Assembly: GCA_963849325.1 (NCBI GenBank) | Contig: CAWKHF010000011.1 | Location: 64,001-128,000 of the forward strand | Reading direction: 5' to 3' | Origin: an uncultured Planctomycetota bacterium | GTDB lineage: Bacteria > Planctomycetota > Planctomycetia > Gemmatales > Gemmataceae | Length of the DNA stretch: 64,000 nucleotides | Position numbers and translations under genes: made by a program | Shown here: piece after piece, positions 31,105 through 42,039 of the stretch | Numbering within the stretch: position 1 is the stretch's first letter | Layout: each line of letters begins with the position of its first letter | The notes under the pieces: model-generated | Seen by the model: only the letters and a program-made list of their open reading frames with translations | The model's database searches: none | What the model was told of the DNA's origin: nothing

Positions 31105-31681
31105 GGCGCCTTGTGCTCTCGGTTCAACTTCTGCAGCACGCGATGGATCATTCGGGGAGGGACGCCCAGGCAGTCGGCGATTTCGCGCTGCGAATGTCCC
31201 TGGCGCAGCATCCACAGGGCCATACGGACCTTGGGAGGGAGATCCTGCAGCAGGCGCTGCCATTCCTCTTCCGCGATGGCCAGTTGACTCGGTGTGGGGT
31301 GCGGCCCCGCCGGCTCATTGCCGGGATCGTCTTCCGTCGGCAGCCGCAGCTCCTCCACGTCCCGATCGTTGTGCTTGGCCGTCTGTTGCCGCTGCCGGAA
31401 GGCATCGATGATCTTGCGGTGCGCGAGTCGAACCAGGAAGGAGACGAGTTCCTTGGGATCCTTGAAGGTGTAGCGCTCCGCCGGAAGGTGCAAGAAGGAC
31501 GCCCAGGCGTCCTGGGCGAAGTCCATCGAATCGAACTGGGCGCGCAGCGCTCGTCCAGGCGACGGCGGACGACCATGTGAATTTCTTTGCCGTAGCGCTC
31601 GAAGAGCCTGCCGACCGCTTCCGGGCAGCCCGAGCGGACGGCCTGCATGAGCTGCTCGAATTCATTCGTCTCCATGGACAT
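31101..31681 (-). CDS. ECF sigma-70 factor, kinase-associated type (frameshift ~31550)
   Basis: EAVGRLFERYG, SMDFAQDAWASF, PTPSQLAIAEEEW, GHSQREIADCLGV. Confidence 0.88.
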
Positions 31682-32010
31682 ACGGAGCCTCCACTCGGGG
31701 AACCGGGCTGTGTCCCTCCGGCGGGACTCCCCCTTCTTCGGCCCGCGAGATCCAAGCTGCGGGCGGCACAGCGACGCGGCAGATGATACGAGGTATCGCC
31801 TAAAAGGGATAGGATAGACCGACTCGCAACGTCGATGCAAGGGAAAAACGGGAGGCGGTCAGGCACGCCGTCGGCGGCAGCGGCAAATTGCTCTTTACAG
31901 CCCCCGTCGTTTGTGGCATAGGCTCTCCCTCTCACGGTTCACAGTCGGAAGGGAGTCGGCCAGATCGCTGGGGGGCGATCGGCCCAGGGGGATCGGCCGG
32001 GAGGGGAGCC

Positions 32011-32586
32011 ATGCGCAGAATGGGGGCGGGGGGGGTGGCAGCGGCCCTGATCGTGGGTCTGGCAGCAGCCGTCGCGGCGGCGGGGGACATCGACGCCAAA
32101 CCCGCGCCTCGGGGCATCCTGGCCGGCTGGTTCGGCGACAAAGCCAAGGACAAGGAAGAGAAGACGATGCCCGCCGAGGAGAAACCCGCGCCGCTGAATA
32201 CACCCGAAATGGCCGGCATCGAGCAACAGCGACAGATGAACGCCTATCTCCGCCGTGTCGAGGTTTGTCTTCGGCTCCGCCAAATCGCCGAGCAAACCGG
32301 CAACGCCGACCTGCAGCGCCAGGCCGAGGAACTGGACGCGCGAGCCTGGGAGGTCTACCGCCGGCAGACGGCCCACCTGTCCATGCCCGTGCCGGCGATG
32401 CTCTCCGGCACGAAGACCGTGGAGAAGAGGCCGACCGCCAAGCCGAAGACCGGCGCAGGCACCAACAAGGTACGCGCCGCGGAATTGCCGGCCCCGAAAC
32501 GGTCGCCGCAACCTTTGGGTGGGGATTTTGAGCAACAGGAGCAGGGGCTTCTCAACGGCACATTCATGGGGGGGAACAAGCCGTGA
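32011..32586 (+). CDS. Hypothetical exported protein
   Basis: ATG after GGGAG; signal-peptide-like N-terminus; helical core AYLRRVEVCLRLRQIA. Confidence 0.75.
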   Translation: MRRMGAGGVAAALIVGLAAAVAAAGDIDAKPAPRGILAGWFGDKAKDKEEKTMPAEEKPAPLNTPEMAGIEQQRQMNAYLRRVEVCLRLRQIAEQTGNADLQRQAEELDARAWEVYRRQTAHLSMPVPAMLSGTKTVEKRPTAKPKTGAGTNKVRAAELPAPKRSPQPLGGDFEQQEQGLLNGTFMGGNKP

Positions 32587-32852
32587 CACGCCAAGGATGT
32601 TTGGTGCTGGCCCTGGCCCTGGCCGCTTCGGGCTGTTTCAGTCCGCCGACTCGCCTGGACGAGGAATCGCACAAGGCGCCGTCCTTGACGTCGCTGCCGC
32701 TGCCGCCGGCGATCGTCACGCCGGATGAAGTAACGGAGGCCAACGCCGCCGAAAAGGCCCAGGCGTTGGCCCGCGAACTCGATTACGCCGCCAACGATCA
32801 CCCAGCGCCGCTGCCGCTGGCGACGTTAAAGGAAGGGCTGACGAAACCGTGA
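32583..32852 (+). CDS. Small putative lipoprotein
   Basis: Lipobox-like LAASGC; start overlaps the upstream stop. Confidence 0.7.
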   Translation: MTRQGCLVLALALAASGCFSPPTRLDEESHKAPSLTSLPLPPAIVTPDEVTEANAAEKAQALARELDYAANDHPAPLPLATLKEGLTKP

Positions 32853-32964
32853 AATCCGCCGCTGGCGGCTTGGCGCCAAGCCGTAAGCGGGGCGAAAACG
32901 AAGGGTGGGGGACGGCAACAGGGAGCCATGCTCCCCGTTGCTCGTTTTCCCACGGCATCGTGGC

Positions 32965-34062
32965 TCAGGGCCAGTTGACGACATCGTTGGCGTCGCGGGT
33001 GATGAGGGCCTTGAGCGTGGCTTCCGGCGTGTTCGCCGGCAGACTACGAACCGAACCATCGGCCAAAAGGACGTTGAAGCCGCTGCGAAAATGCGTGCTC
33101 AACCGAGGCGCGATGGGTTTGTTCGGGTCAAAGGCAATGTCGTCGGGCTTGGTCCACGGCACCGCCTGGGCCGCCTCGACGATCAGGATGGTGTTCGATA
33201 TGCCATCCTTGAACTCCCCCAGAGGCAGACCGCTTGTCTTCTCGAAGGCGGCGCCGTTGCCGACGAATACCTGATAGTGCGTGTGATCGGGCGGCGTCTG
33301 GTCGTCGTTGGGGAGCTGATAAACCTTTGGCATTCGCGTCAGCAGCTTGATGTTATTGGGACCGTCCCACGGCTCATCGAGCTTGAACTGGTTGTAGAGG
33401 ATCTGCTCCTCAACAAAAGGCAGGAGGGCAACGCGCCAACTCAGCCGAGGTTTCCTCGCCTTGGGAGGTTGCAGCGGATCGCCAATGGCCGACGGCGGGA
33501 AAGTGTTATAAGTGGCGTTGTAATTGTGCATCGCCAGCCCCATCTGCTTGAGGTTGTTCGCCGATTGCACGCGGACGACGGCCTCGCGTGCCTTCTGTAC
33601 GGCTGGCACCAGTAGCAGCGTCGGTATCAAGCCGATGCAGGACAGGAGTGTGCCGGCGCAGGCGGTGCTAATCCCGGCGATGGCCAACCCCCGTCCGCCG
33701 AGGCGCTCGCGGCTGCGGCCGATGTCGCGCAGAGCGAGCAAACCGAGGATGAGGGCCGGGATTCCGGTCAGGATGTTGCAAAACAAGGAGCAGATGCCGA
33801 GGACGAGACTGGCCGTGGCCTTGCCGCTGGTGCCCGTTGGCGCGTCAGCGGTCGGTTCCTCCTCGAAATCGGGGGCCAGGGCGGGACGTGCCGGCCGACC
33901 GGCCGCCGCGGGCTGGATGTCCTCCTCGACCGCCTGGATGGCATCCGCGCCCACGGCTGGGACGGTCTGCTGTCGGCCGCAGACGGGGCAAGCGACCCGC
34001 TTGCCCGCGTTCTCCTCGCGCACTTGCAGTTGCTTGCCGCACTCACAGACGAAGCGAATCAT
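32965..34062 (-). CDS. DUF1559 protein with N-terminal zinc ribbon and DUF4190-like TM region
   Basis: CECGK...[17 protein letters not shown]...[47 protein letters not shown]. Confidence 0.92.
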   Translation of the reverse strand: MIRFVCECGKQLQVREENAGKRVACPVCGRQQTVPAVGADAIQAVEEDIQPAAAGRPARPALAPDFEEEPTADAPTGTSGKATASLVLGICSLFCNILTGIPALILGLLALRDIGRSRERLGGRGLAIAGISTACAGTLLSCIGLIPTLLLVPAVQKAREAVVRVQSANNLKQMGLAMHNYNATYNTFPPSAIGDPLQPPKARKPRLSWRVALLPFVEEQILYNQFKLDEPWDGPNNIKLLTRMPKVYQLPNDDQTPPDHTHYQVFVGNGAAFEKTSGLPLGEFKDGISNTILIVEAAQAVPWTKPDDIAFDPNKPIAPRLSTHFRSGFNVLLADGSVRSLPANTPEATLKALITRDANDVVNWP

Positions 34063-34150
34063 GGTGGGCCTCGCAGGAACGGGTCGCCGTCGTCGCTCGA
34101 ATCATGGACCAGTGTAACGGCTGAGAGGGCCCTGTCCAGGGGCCAGGCGG

Positions 34151-34180
34151 TTGACCGTCCCCCGGAATACATGCTATAAC
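34151..34180 (+). promoter_or_regulatory. Putative sigma70 promoter of the downstream kinase gene
   Basis: TTGACC-N18-TATAAC with TGn extension. Confidence 0.55.
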
Positions 34181-34337
34181 AGTTGTCCGCGATTTCCTCC
34201 GCGCTCCCGGCGCGGCGGAGAGGAATGAAATCTTCGTAACAATCGACTTCGATTCCGGGTATTGGTGAACGCTTTCGCGGTTCCGTCGTCTAAGAAGTGG
34301 CGCCATGTACGAGCCGGGTCCGCCCCGAAAGGAGACC

Positions 34338-35716
34338 ATGAGTGTCCCGCAGCCCATGGATCGAAGGACGTTTCTGGCCAACCTGCGCCAGAGTCAGCTG
34401 TTGACGAAGGCCCAGCTCGCCGAGGCGCTGCGCGATCTGCCCGCGACCAACCGCGGCCGGGCCGTCGCTCGCGCCCTGGTCGAGAAGGAGCTGCTGACGC
34501 GCTTCCAGGCCGAGCGTCTGCTGGCCGGTCGCAATACCGGCTTTCTGCTGGGACAATATCGCATCCTCGACCAACTCGGCCGCGGCGGCATGGGCCGCGT
34601 CTTCAAGGCCGAGCACGTCACCATGAAACGCCTGGTCGCCCTCAAGGTGCTGGCCCCCGGCCTGCTCCAGTCCGAGCGCGCCCGCGAGTTGTTCTTGCGC
34701 GAGGTCCGCGCCATCGCTCAGCTCGTCCATCCCAACATCGTCACCGCCTTCGACGCCAGCCACGATGCCGGCTGCTATTACCTCGTCTTGGAATACGTGG
34801 ACGGTCCCAACCTCGACCAGCTGGTGCGCAAGCAGGGGCCTCTGCCGATCGGCCTCGCCTGCGACTACGTCAAGCAGGTGGCCAACGGTCTGCAAGCCGC
34901 TCATGCCGTGGGCATGGTCCACCGTGACATCAAGCCGGCCAACGTCCTCGTGCAGCGCCGCGGTCTGCAAGAGCACTCGCCCGGCCTAATCAAGATCAGC
35001 GACTTCGGCCTGGCCCGGCTGCACTCTCCCGATGTCAGCGCCGACGCGCCCCGCCACGCGGGCACCATCCTGACCAAGGAAAACACGGTCATGGGCACGC
35101 CCGATTATCTGTCGCCCGAGCAGGCCCGCGACCTGCATCGAACCGATATCCGCAGCGATCTCTACAGCCTGGGCTGCACCTTCTACTTTCTGCTGTCCGG
35201 CCGGGTGCCTTTCGCCGGCGGCACCGCCCTGGAGAAGTTGATCCGCCACAACACCGAGTCACCAATCCCTATCGGCGACCTGCGCCCCGACGTGCCGGCG
35301 CCGGTGGCCGAGATCGTCCGGCGTCTGCTGTCCAAGAAGCCCGACGACCGCTACCAGGCACCCCTGGACCTGGCCGCCGTGCTGGAGCCGTATGCCGTGA
35401 GTGGACCGACGCCGTGGGCGTCGTTGCCACCGCCGTCCCATCCTTTCCTCGACGCCGCCGCCACACCGGTGGGCGATGCCGCCGACGCACCGGGCAGCGT
35501 CCTGGAGGAGAGTTCGTCCGATCCTTTCTCCGCCCTGTCGAACACGGAGTCGCCGGACCTGTCGGCCACCGTGGAAGATGAGTCGGAGGAAAGCCCGCTT
35601 CTTCGCCGCCGGCGCCTTCTCCGCGCACGGCGGACCGGGCGGTCCTCGTATGGTTTGTCATCGTTGCCGCTGCCCTGATCGGCGGCCTTGCCTTGCTGAT
35701 GTCACTGATGAGTTGA
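34338..35716 (+). CDS. Ser/Thr protein kinase with C-terminal TM anchor (frameshift ~35630)
   Basis: LGRGGMGRVF, VALK, HRDIKPAN, DFGLA, GTPDYLSPE; shifted frame gives hydrophobic VLVWFVIVAAALIGGLALL. Confidence 0.92.
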
Positions 35717-35718
35717 TC

Positions 35719-35777
35719 GTAGGTGCCGCGAGCCGAGCGGCACGGCGGAACCGTCCGGCTCGGCTCGCCGGACCTAC
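35719..35777. repeat. GTAG-type REP palindrome
   Basis: GTAGGTGCCGCGAGCCGAGC...GCTCGGCTCGCCGGACCTAC; second copy at 53778-53836; supplies the recQ stop codon. Confidence 0.8.
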
Positions 35778-37649
35778 CGAGAGACGTCCTGATCCAGGCC
35801 GCGCACGCGGCATTGCTCCTCGATGAGCGCCAGGAACAGCATCCCGAAGTTGCGCAGACGTTTATCGCCGACGCCGGGGACCAGGCGCAGGCGCTCCGGT
35901 GTCGAGGGGCGCACGCGAGCCAGCTCGCGCAGGGTGCTGTCGGTGAAGACGATGAACGGCGACACTTGCCGGTCGGCGGCCAACTGTACGGCGCAGGCGC
36001 CGCAGCGCCTCGAACAATTCGCGGTCCACGCCCTCCCACGACGTCGTTTCGACCTTCGATTTCTCCGGCCGTTCGCCTTTTTTGCGGCGTGCCATCCGCA
36101 CCAGTCGGATCTGCCGCTGGCCGCGCATCACTTCCCACGAGGCATCGTTGAGTTTCAGCACCGGATATTCGTCGCCGACCTGCAACAGCACGCCCTGGCC
36201 GATCATCTGATAGATCCAGTCGCGCACGTCCGGCTTGCTGTGGCCCTTGAGGAGACCGAAAGTCGTCAGCTGATCGTGGCCGCGCTTGCGGACGTTCTCG
36301 GTGTTTTCGCCGCGTAGCACGGCGGTAACGTGGCCGATACCGAAGCCCTGTTTGACGCGAGCCACGCACGACAGGATCTTTTGCGCCGCCACCAGCGCGT
36401 CGGGCACTTCCTCGGTGTCGCCCAGGCACAGGTCGCAGGCATTGCAGTACTCCGCCTCGTAGGGCTGGCCGAAATACTGTACCAGGGCGCGATGACGGCA
36501 GAGGGCGCCGCGACAGTAGCGGTCCATGTCGTCGAGATGCTTGAACACGCCCGGCAAGTGCGTCTCGTTGCCGGCTTCGCGGGCGGATTTCTCCAGCATC
36601 GAGCGGAAGGTGTAGGTATCGCCGCCGGAGTAGAGCAGCACGCACTCGGCCTCCAGACCGTCGCGTCCAGCGCGGCCGGTCTCCTGCTGATAGTGCTCCA
36701 GCGATTTCGGCATGGCCGTGTGCAGCACGAAACGGACGTTGGAGCGATCGATCCCCATGCCGAAGGCCACCGTGGCGACGATCACATCGACTTGCTCGGA
36801 CGAGAACGCTTCCTGCGCCGCCTGCCGCTCCTCGCTGCTCATGCCGGCGTGATACGGCTTGGCCTTGACGCCCTTCTTTTGCAGAGCGGCGGCCAACTCA
36901 TCCACGTCGCGGCGGCGCAGGCAGTAAACGATGCCGGCCTCGCCCTCGTGCCGCTCGAGCACTTCCAGCGTCTGCTTCAGCGTCTCATGGCGCGGCAACA
37001 CCCGATAGGTGAGGTTCGGCCGATCGAAGTTGCCGACCAGCAGCACCGGGTCTTTCAGGGCGAGTTGGACGATGATGTCCTGACGCACCTGCTCGGTCGC
37101 CGTGGCCGTGTAGCCGTGGACGGCGGCCTTGGGGAAGAACTCGCGCAGGCGGCTGAGCTGGCGATACTCGGGGCGGAAATCGTGGCCCCAGTGGCTGATG
37201 CAGTGGGCCTCGTCGATGGCGAAGGCGTGGACGTCGATCTTTTGCAGGACGCGATACAAATCGCTTTGCACCAGCCGTTCCGGCGACATGAACAGCAAGC
37301 GTACCTCGCCCTGGCGCACGTCCATCTCGTAGGCGAAGCGCTCGCCCGCTGACAACGAGCTGTCAATCTGCGTCGCCGCGATACCGCAAGCTCGCAGACT
37401 ATCGACCTGGTCCTTCATCAAGGCGATCAGCGGCGAGACGACGACGGTGGTGCCGCCGCGGAGGACGGCCGGCGCCTGGTAGCACAGCGATTTGCCGCCG
37501 CCGGTCGGCAGGACGACCAGCGAATCGCGGCCGTCGAGCACGGCCTGCATGGCCTGGTCCTGCAACGGCCGCAACGTGCGGAAACCCCAGTGACGGACGA
37601 TGATCTCTTGCAGCTCCGCCAGGGACCAGGTTGAGTTTGGGGAAGACAT
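35774..37649 (-). CDS. recQ: ATP-dependent DNA helicase RecQ (frameshift ~35985 in HRDC)
   Basis: [49 protein letters not shown], Zn-binding Cys, RQC and HRDC domains. Confidence 0.97.
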
Positions 37650-37730
37650 CGGCTGGGACTCCTGCAATCCCGTACATCATGCGCGATGAAGGAGGGATTG
37701 AGAAGCCCAGTCGTCCGCATTCGGTTCCGC

Positions 37731-39266
37731 TTATTTCTTCCGAAGTCGCAGGTAGACGATGAGCACGTCCGCCTTGGGGTTTTCTTCGAGGAGTTCGGGC
37801 ACCGTATTCCAGAGGCCGAAGGGTTTGGGTACTGCGCCTGGAGCAATCCTCTCCTGCCTTCGGTTGCGAATCACCCACAACATCGGCGTCTCCGTCGCGG
37901 AGCCAGCTCCACGAGAGAACGAACCACTGCTGCCCCCGTCGCTGAAGTCAAATAATTCCTTCGGCACGTCGGCGCCCCCCGCACCCGTCATAAACCACTT
38001 GTGCCATCGGTTTCCACCGATTGCCAACTGCACTTGCATCCGGCAGTGTCCCTTCCGCGCCCCCGCCAGCGGAAGGTAATCCAGGTCCGCCGCGAGTAGA
38101 GCGACCTTCGCGCGACGGAATAGGCTCTTATCCTCGGACAGTTCCGTAAAGATCCTGCCGTTGATGTCCGGCAAGGCCCAATTCGTCTTCTGTTTCTTTC
38201 CGTCCTTGTACACGTCGATGTCCACGCCAAGGGCCGTGAGCGGTCCCTCCGGTCGTAGTTCGACCTCCCTCACCTCTTTGAAGATATGGAGCAGCGACGC
38301 CACATCCCCACCATCGTCCTCGGGGTGTGTGATTTTCATCGCCAGGGTTTCTTTCGCGGCAGGCTCGGCCGCCGGTTTCGGCTCCGCCGCCGGCTTTTCC
38401 TCCGCCGCCCGCATGGGGGCGAAGAAGGAGGCACTCAGCACGCCCAGCACGCCCACCGTCGCCAGGAACGCCGTCAGGAGCTTCACTTTCGTCAGAAGCA
38501 TCATTTGCAGTACCTCTTTCATGAGGAAGGCCGCCGGGGTCGTGACGGTTTGTCCCGCCGCGACCCGCAGGGCGTCGCCGGCCGTCGAAACAAGCAAAGA
38601 AGGCGATACCCAGGCGGATGCCGTCTCGCTCGACAGCGCCCCCGACAGCATCGCCGCCGAAATCGCCAGATGGTGCCGAGCCAGTCGCTTCGCCAGCATT
38701 TGCCGAGCCGTCGCCAACCGGCTGGACAGAGTACCCTCGGGCAGACCGAGCTGCCGCGCGACCTCCTGGCGCGATCGTCCTTCCAGATGGCACAGGACGA
38801 TGGGCGTTCGATAGCGTTCCGGCAAGCGGCTCAGTTCGCGCTCCAGCAAGGGGCGCCAATCCTGCGGCTCGGCGGGCGGCACTTCGGCGGCTGTCGCCGC
38901 CTCCAAGGGCGCCTCCCGAGTGCGGCGCCGGGCGATGCTCTTGCGAGCTTGCAGGGCGGTACGATACGCCACGCCATACAGCCAGTTCCCTATCGCCTCG
39001 CCGTTGCGCAGAGTAGGGGGCTTGTGCGCCAGCACGAGAAAGACGGCCTGGAAGGCGTCCTCCGCATCCTGGACGTGGCCCAGCACTCGCCGGCATACGG
39101 CGAACACCATGCCGCCATGACGGCGCACCAGGGCCGCAAACGAGGCTTCATCCCGGCGAGCGACGAAGCAGGCCAGGAGCTGTCCATCCGTGGCAGCCCC
39201 CTCGGCGCCGGGCGGAAGCGCTCGGTGAAGGTGCGCGAGGACTTCTTTCAGTCGGCCGCGGAGCAT
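37731..39266 (-). CDS. Planctomycete ECF sigma-70 factor with TM segment and extracytoplasmic C-terminal domain
   Basis: TDGQLL..F, LVRRHGGMV, DAEDAFQAVFLVL, LPERYRTPIVLCHLEG, GTLSSRL; TM followed by a domain I do not recognise. Confidence 0.92.
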   Translation of the reverse strand: MLRGRLKEVLAHLHRALPPGAEGAATDGQLLACFVARRDEASFAALVRRHGGMVFAVCRRVLGHVQDAEDAFQAVFLVLAHKPPTLRNGEAIGNWLYGVAYRTALQARKSIARRRTREAPLEAATAAEVPPAEPQDWRPLLERELSRLPERYRTPIVLCHLEGRSRQEVARQLGLPEGTLSSRLATARQMLAKRLARHHLAISAAMLSGALSSETASAWVSPSLLVSTAGDALRVAAGQTVTTPAAFLMKEVLQMMLLTKVKLLTAFLATVGVLGVLSASFFAPMRAAEEKPAAEPKPAAEPAAKETLAMKITHPEDDGGDVASLLHIFKEVREVELRPEGPLTALGVDIDVYKDGKKQKTNWALPDINGRIFTELSEDKSLFRRAKVALLAADLDYLPLAGARKGHCRMQVQLAIGGNRWHKWFMTGAGGADVPKELFDFSDGGSSGSFSRGAGSATETPMLWVIRNRRQERIAPGAVPKPFGLWNTVPELLEENPKADVLIVYLRLRKK

Positions 39267-39356
39267 ACGACGTTCCTCTACTACTTACTGGGTCGCCAGC
39301 GTTCCGCGCGTCGATCTTTTTTCGGAATTCCGTAGCGAAAAGAAGCGTCCGCGTCA

Positions 39357-39407
39357 GAGCCCGCAGCGTCAGCGAGGAGCCATTTCCCTCGCTGACGCTG
39401 CGGGCTC
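39357..39407. repeat. REP-like palindrome
   Basis: GAGCCCGCAGCGTCAGCGAGG / CCTCGCTGACGCTGCGGGCTC. Confidence 0.85.
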
Positions 39408-39428
39408 CGAGAAAGGAAGAGCCCGCGA

Positions 39429-39968
39429 TTACTTTTTGTCGTTGGCAGGTTTGCCCGCTTGTTCTGGCTTCTTGTCCTTGTCCGGTTTCTCGAATTTCGT
39501 GTCCGTCGCCCCGGAGTCAGACGGCGGCAGAGAACTGCGTACTCCAATGACGTAGCCGACCATGAGGGCGCCGAAGATGAGCAGGAACCACAGCAGACTG
39601 TTGAGCAAACCCGTCGTCGCGTCGCCGTCCGGGTTCCAGTTGGCCATCCAGCGGCGAAAGCGCGTCTGCTTGCGCAGCTTCTGGAGCCAGCGACGGCCCG
39701 GCGCGGTCTGATCGAACTGGCGCACGGCCGTGGCCACCTTGCCGACCTGCCGCCGTGCCGTGGCGTTGTCCGGATCGACTTCCAGCACGGCCAGGTATGC
39801 CCACACGGCCTCGCCCAGTTCGCCGGCGCGGGTCAATGCCTCCGCCTGAGACAGCCCCTCGCGAAGGTCATCGACGTAGTGGACCAGCAGCGACACATCC
39901 GTGCGGCAGTTGAGGCACTCCTTCTCCAGCCCGCGCAGCTTTTTCTTGCACATCGGGCACGTCAGCAT
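39429..39968 (-). CDS. Zinc-ribbon + TPR protein with C-terminal TM helix
   Basis: CPMC...CLNC; TPR (GELGEAVWAYLAVLEVDPDN); TM LLWFLLIFGALMVGYVIG. Confidence 0.82.
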   Translation of the reverse strand: MLTCPMCKKKLRGLEKECLNCRTDVSLLVHYVDDLREGLSQAEALTRAGELGEAVWAYLAVLEVDPDNATARRQVGKVATAVRQFDQTAPGRRWLQKLRKQTRFRRWMANWNPDGDATTGLLNSLLWFLLIFGALMVGYVIGVRSSLPPSDSGATDTKFEKPDKDKKPEQAGKPANDKK

Positions 39969-39991
39969 GGGTGGCGTCCTTGAGTGTCCAT

Positions 39992-40046
39992 CCGAGCCGC
40001 GACCGTTAGGGAGCGGAGACACCGCTCGCTAACGCTCGCGGCTCGG
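39992..40046. repeat. REP-like palindrome (CCGAGCCGCGACCGTT family)
   Basis: Inverted arms; second copy at 45672-45727 inside a TPR gene. Confidence 0.85.
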
Positions 40047-40058
40047 CTCGCCAGCAGG

Positions 40059-41797
40059 TCACAGCAAATAGGCGTAATTGAGCAAGCGATCGTTGAGCGT
40101 GGCGCTGGCGTCTTCCATCTTCTTGCGATCGCCCGAACCCATCGCCTGGCGCACGATCCGGCACAGTTCCTCCAACTCCTTGCGATCTTCCGGGTTGTCG
40201 ATGCGCGGGATGACGTCCTGCTCCGTCTTCTTGAGCACCTCAATGGCGTCCTTGTACTCCTGCGTGCTCTCCAACTCCAGCGTGCGATTGACCAGCTCTT
40301 CGTTGATGCGCTTCAGCTTGATGAGCTGCGAAGCGTCCATCTGATCCTCGCCGGCCTGCTGGATGGCGAAGCGCTTTTTCTGGCCGGCGTAGGGATCGTG
40401 GATTTGCACGGTCAGAATGCCGTCGTCGCCGTACTCGAACGACACGTCGAGTCCGCCGTCGCGTTGCGGCCGCGGCGGCTTGAACTCCCAGGGGATTTCC
40501 GCCAGCTTGACGTTCTCCGGCGAATCCGGGTTGTCGTACAGGTCGCCTTCGTAGACGCTGATGAGCACGCGGTCGGCGGGGTCGGCCACCGGATAATACA
40601 TCTTGCTGAACGAACACGGAATGTCCGAGCCGCGCTTGATGATCGGATCGAGAAAGACGCGATTGGTGCGCTGATCGACCGGGTTGGCGCACAGCGAATG
40701 CTCCAGCTTGACGCTGTAGGCGTAATTGTCCAGGCCGGGCGCCCCTGCAGGATGGCCGACACGATGGCGGCGCCCTGGGCGACGCACGTCATCGGATCGA
40801 CGCGATCGAACCCCTCCGGCTCCTTGCCGGCCAGTTTTTCCGCGACGTAACGACGGACCAGGGGAATCTTGCTGGTGCCGCCGACGAGCAGCACGCGATC
40901 GATGTCGCGCGGCCGCAGCTTGGCCAGCTTCATCGCCTCGTCGATGGCCGTGCCCGACTTGATGACCAGCGGCATGATGAGACGCTCGAACTCGCCTCGG
41001 CTAAGTTCCTCTTCCAGGCTCAGGTGTCGCTCCGGCACCAGCTCGGCCTTGCGAGCGACGGCCATCTGCTCCGCGGACAGGTCGATCTTGGCCCGCTCGA
41101 CGGCGAGCATGAACTGTTGCCTGTATGGCGAATTGAGGATGTCGAAGCCGGTCTTGTCGTGGAAGCGCTCGGCCAGCACCTTGGCGAGAATGGCGTCGAG
41201 GTCGTCGCCGCCGAGCTTGCCGATACCCTTGCTGGCGACTTCCTCGAAGATGCCGTGATGGATCTTGAGGACCGTCACGTCGAGCGTGCCGCCGCCGAAG
41301 TCGTAGACCAGCACGGTTTGATCGTCCTGGGCATTGAGTCCATAGCAGATGGCGGCGGCGGTCGGTTCGTTGATGAGCGTCAATACCTGAAGACCGGCGG
41401 CGCCGGCGCATAGCTTCGTGGCGTGGCGCGCCAGACCCTTGGAGTTGGCCGGAATGGTCACGACGGCCTTGGTGAAGCTCTCGCCCAGGACCGACTCGGC
41501 GTCTTTCTTGAGCAGGCTGAAGAGCATGACGGCGATCTGCTCGGTGCGCAGGTTCTGGCCGACCAGCGGCACGCGCTCCGGCGTGCCGAGGATGCGCTTG
41601 ATGGAGCGAATCGAGCGCTGCTCGTCGAAGTTTTCCTTGGCTTCCTGACCGAAGGCGAGGGTGCCGTCGCGGCGCAGCGTGACGATGGAGGGCGTCCACT
41701 TCAGCCCCTCGTGATTGGGCACCACCTCGGCCTGACCGTACTGGAAGTTGGCCACCACCGAATTGCTGGTCCCGAAGTCGATGCCGATGTAGGGCAT
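40059..41797 (-). CDS. Hsp70-family protein A, non-canonical DnaK paralog of ~580 aa (frameshift ~40740)
   Basis: GIDFGTSNS, INEPTAAA, VYDFGGGTLDVT, LGGDDLD, LLVGGTSKIP; SBD-like ISVYEG...VSFEYGDDGILTV; short helical lid. Confidence 0.93.
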
Positions 41798-41815
41798 GGA
41801 AGCTACCTCATGAAG

Positions 41816-42031
41816 AAAAACCACGAATCACACGAATAAGAAGCTGTAACTTTTTGGCGAGCGGGGGGCGTAAGCCCCCTGTTTTTCGCCGTCAACAGGG
41901 GGCTTACGCCCCCCGCTCGCCTATTTGGGTAGTGCCTCTAAGACAAATAACCGTGCCACCGGCGCCTTGCCCACTTCTTATTCTTTTTCTCTTCTTCTTT
42001 ATTCGTGTGATTCGTGTGATTCGTGGTTTTT
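41816..42031. repeat. CACGAATCACACGAAT-family inverted repeat hosting a nested element
   Basis: Left arm 41816-41839, right arm ~41998-42031. Confidence 0.75.
41840..41938. mobile_element. 99-bp MITE-like element, copy 3 (same termini, different internal palindrome)
   Basis: TAA|GAAGCTGTAAC...TAGTGCCTC|TAA enclosing GGCGAGCGGGGGGCGTAAGCCCCCTG / CAGGGGGCTTACGCCCCCCGCTCGCC. Confidence 0.7.
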
Positions 42032-42039
42032 TGTCTTTC

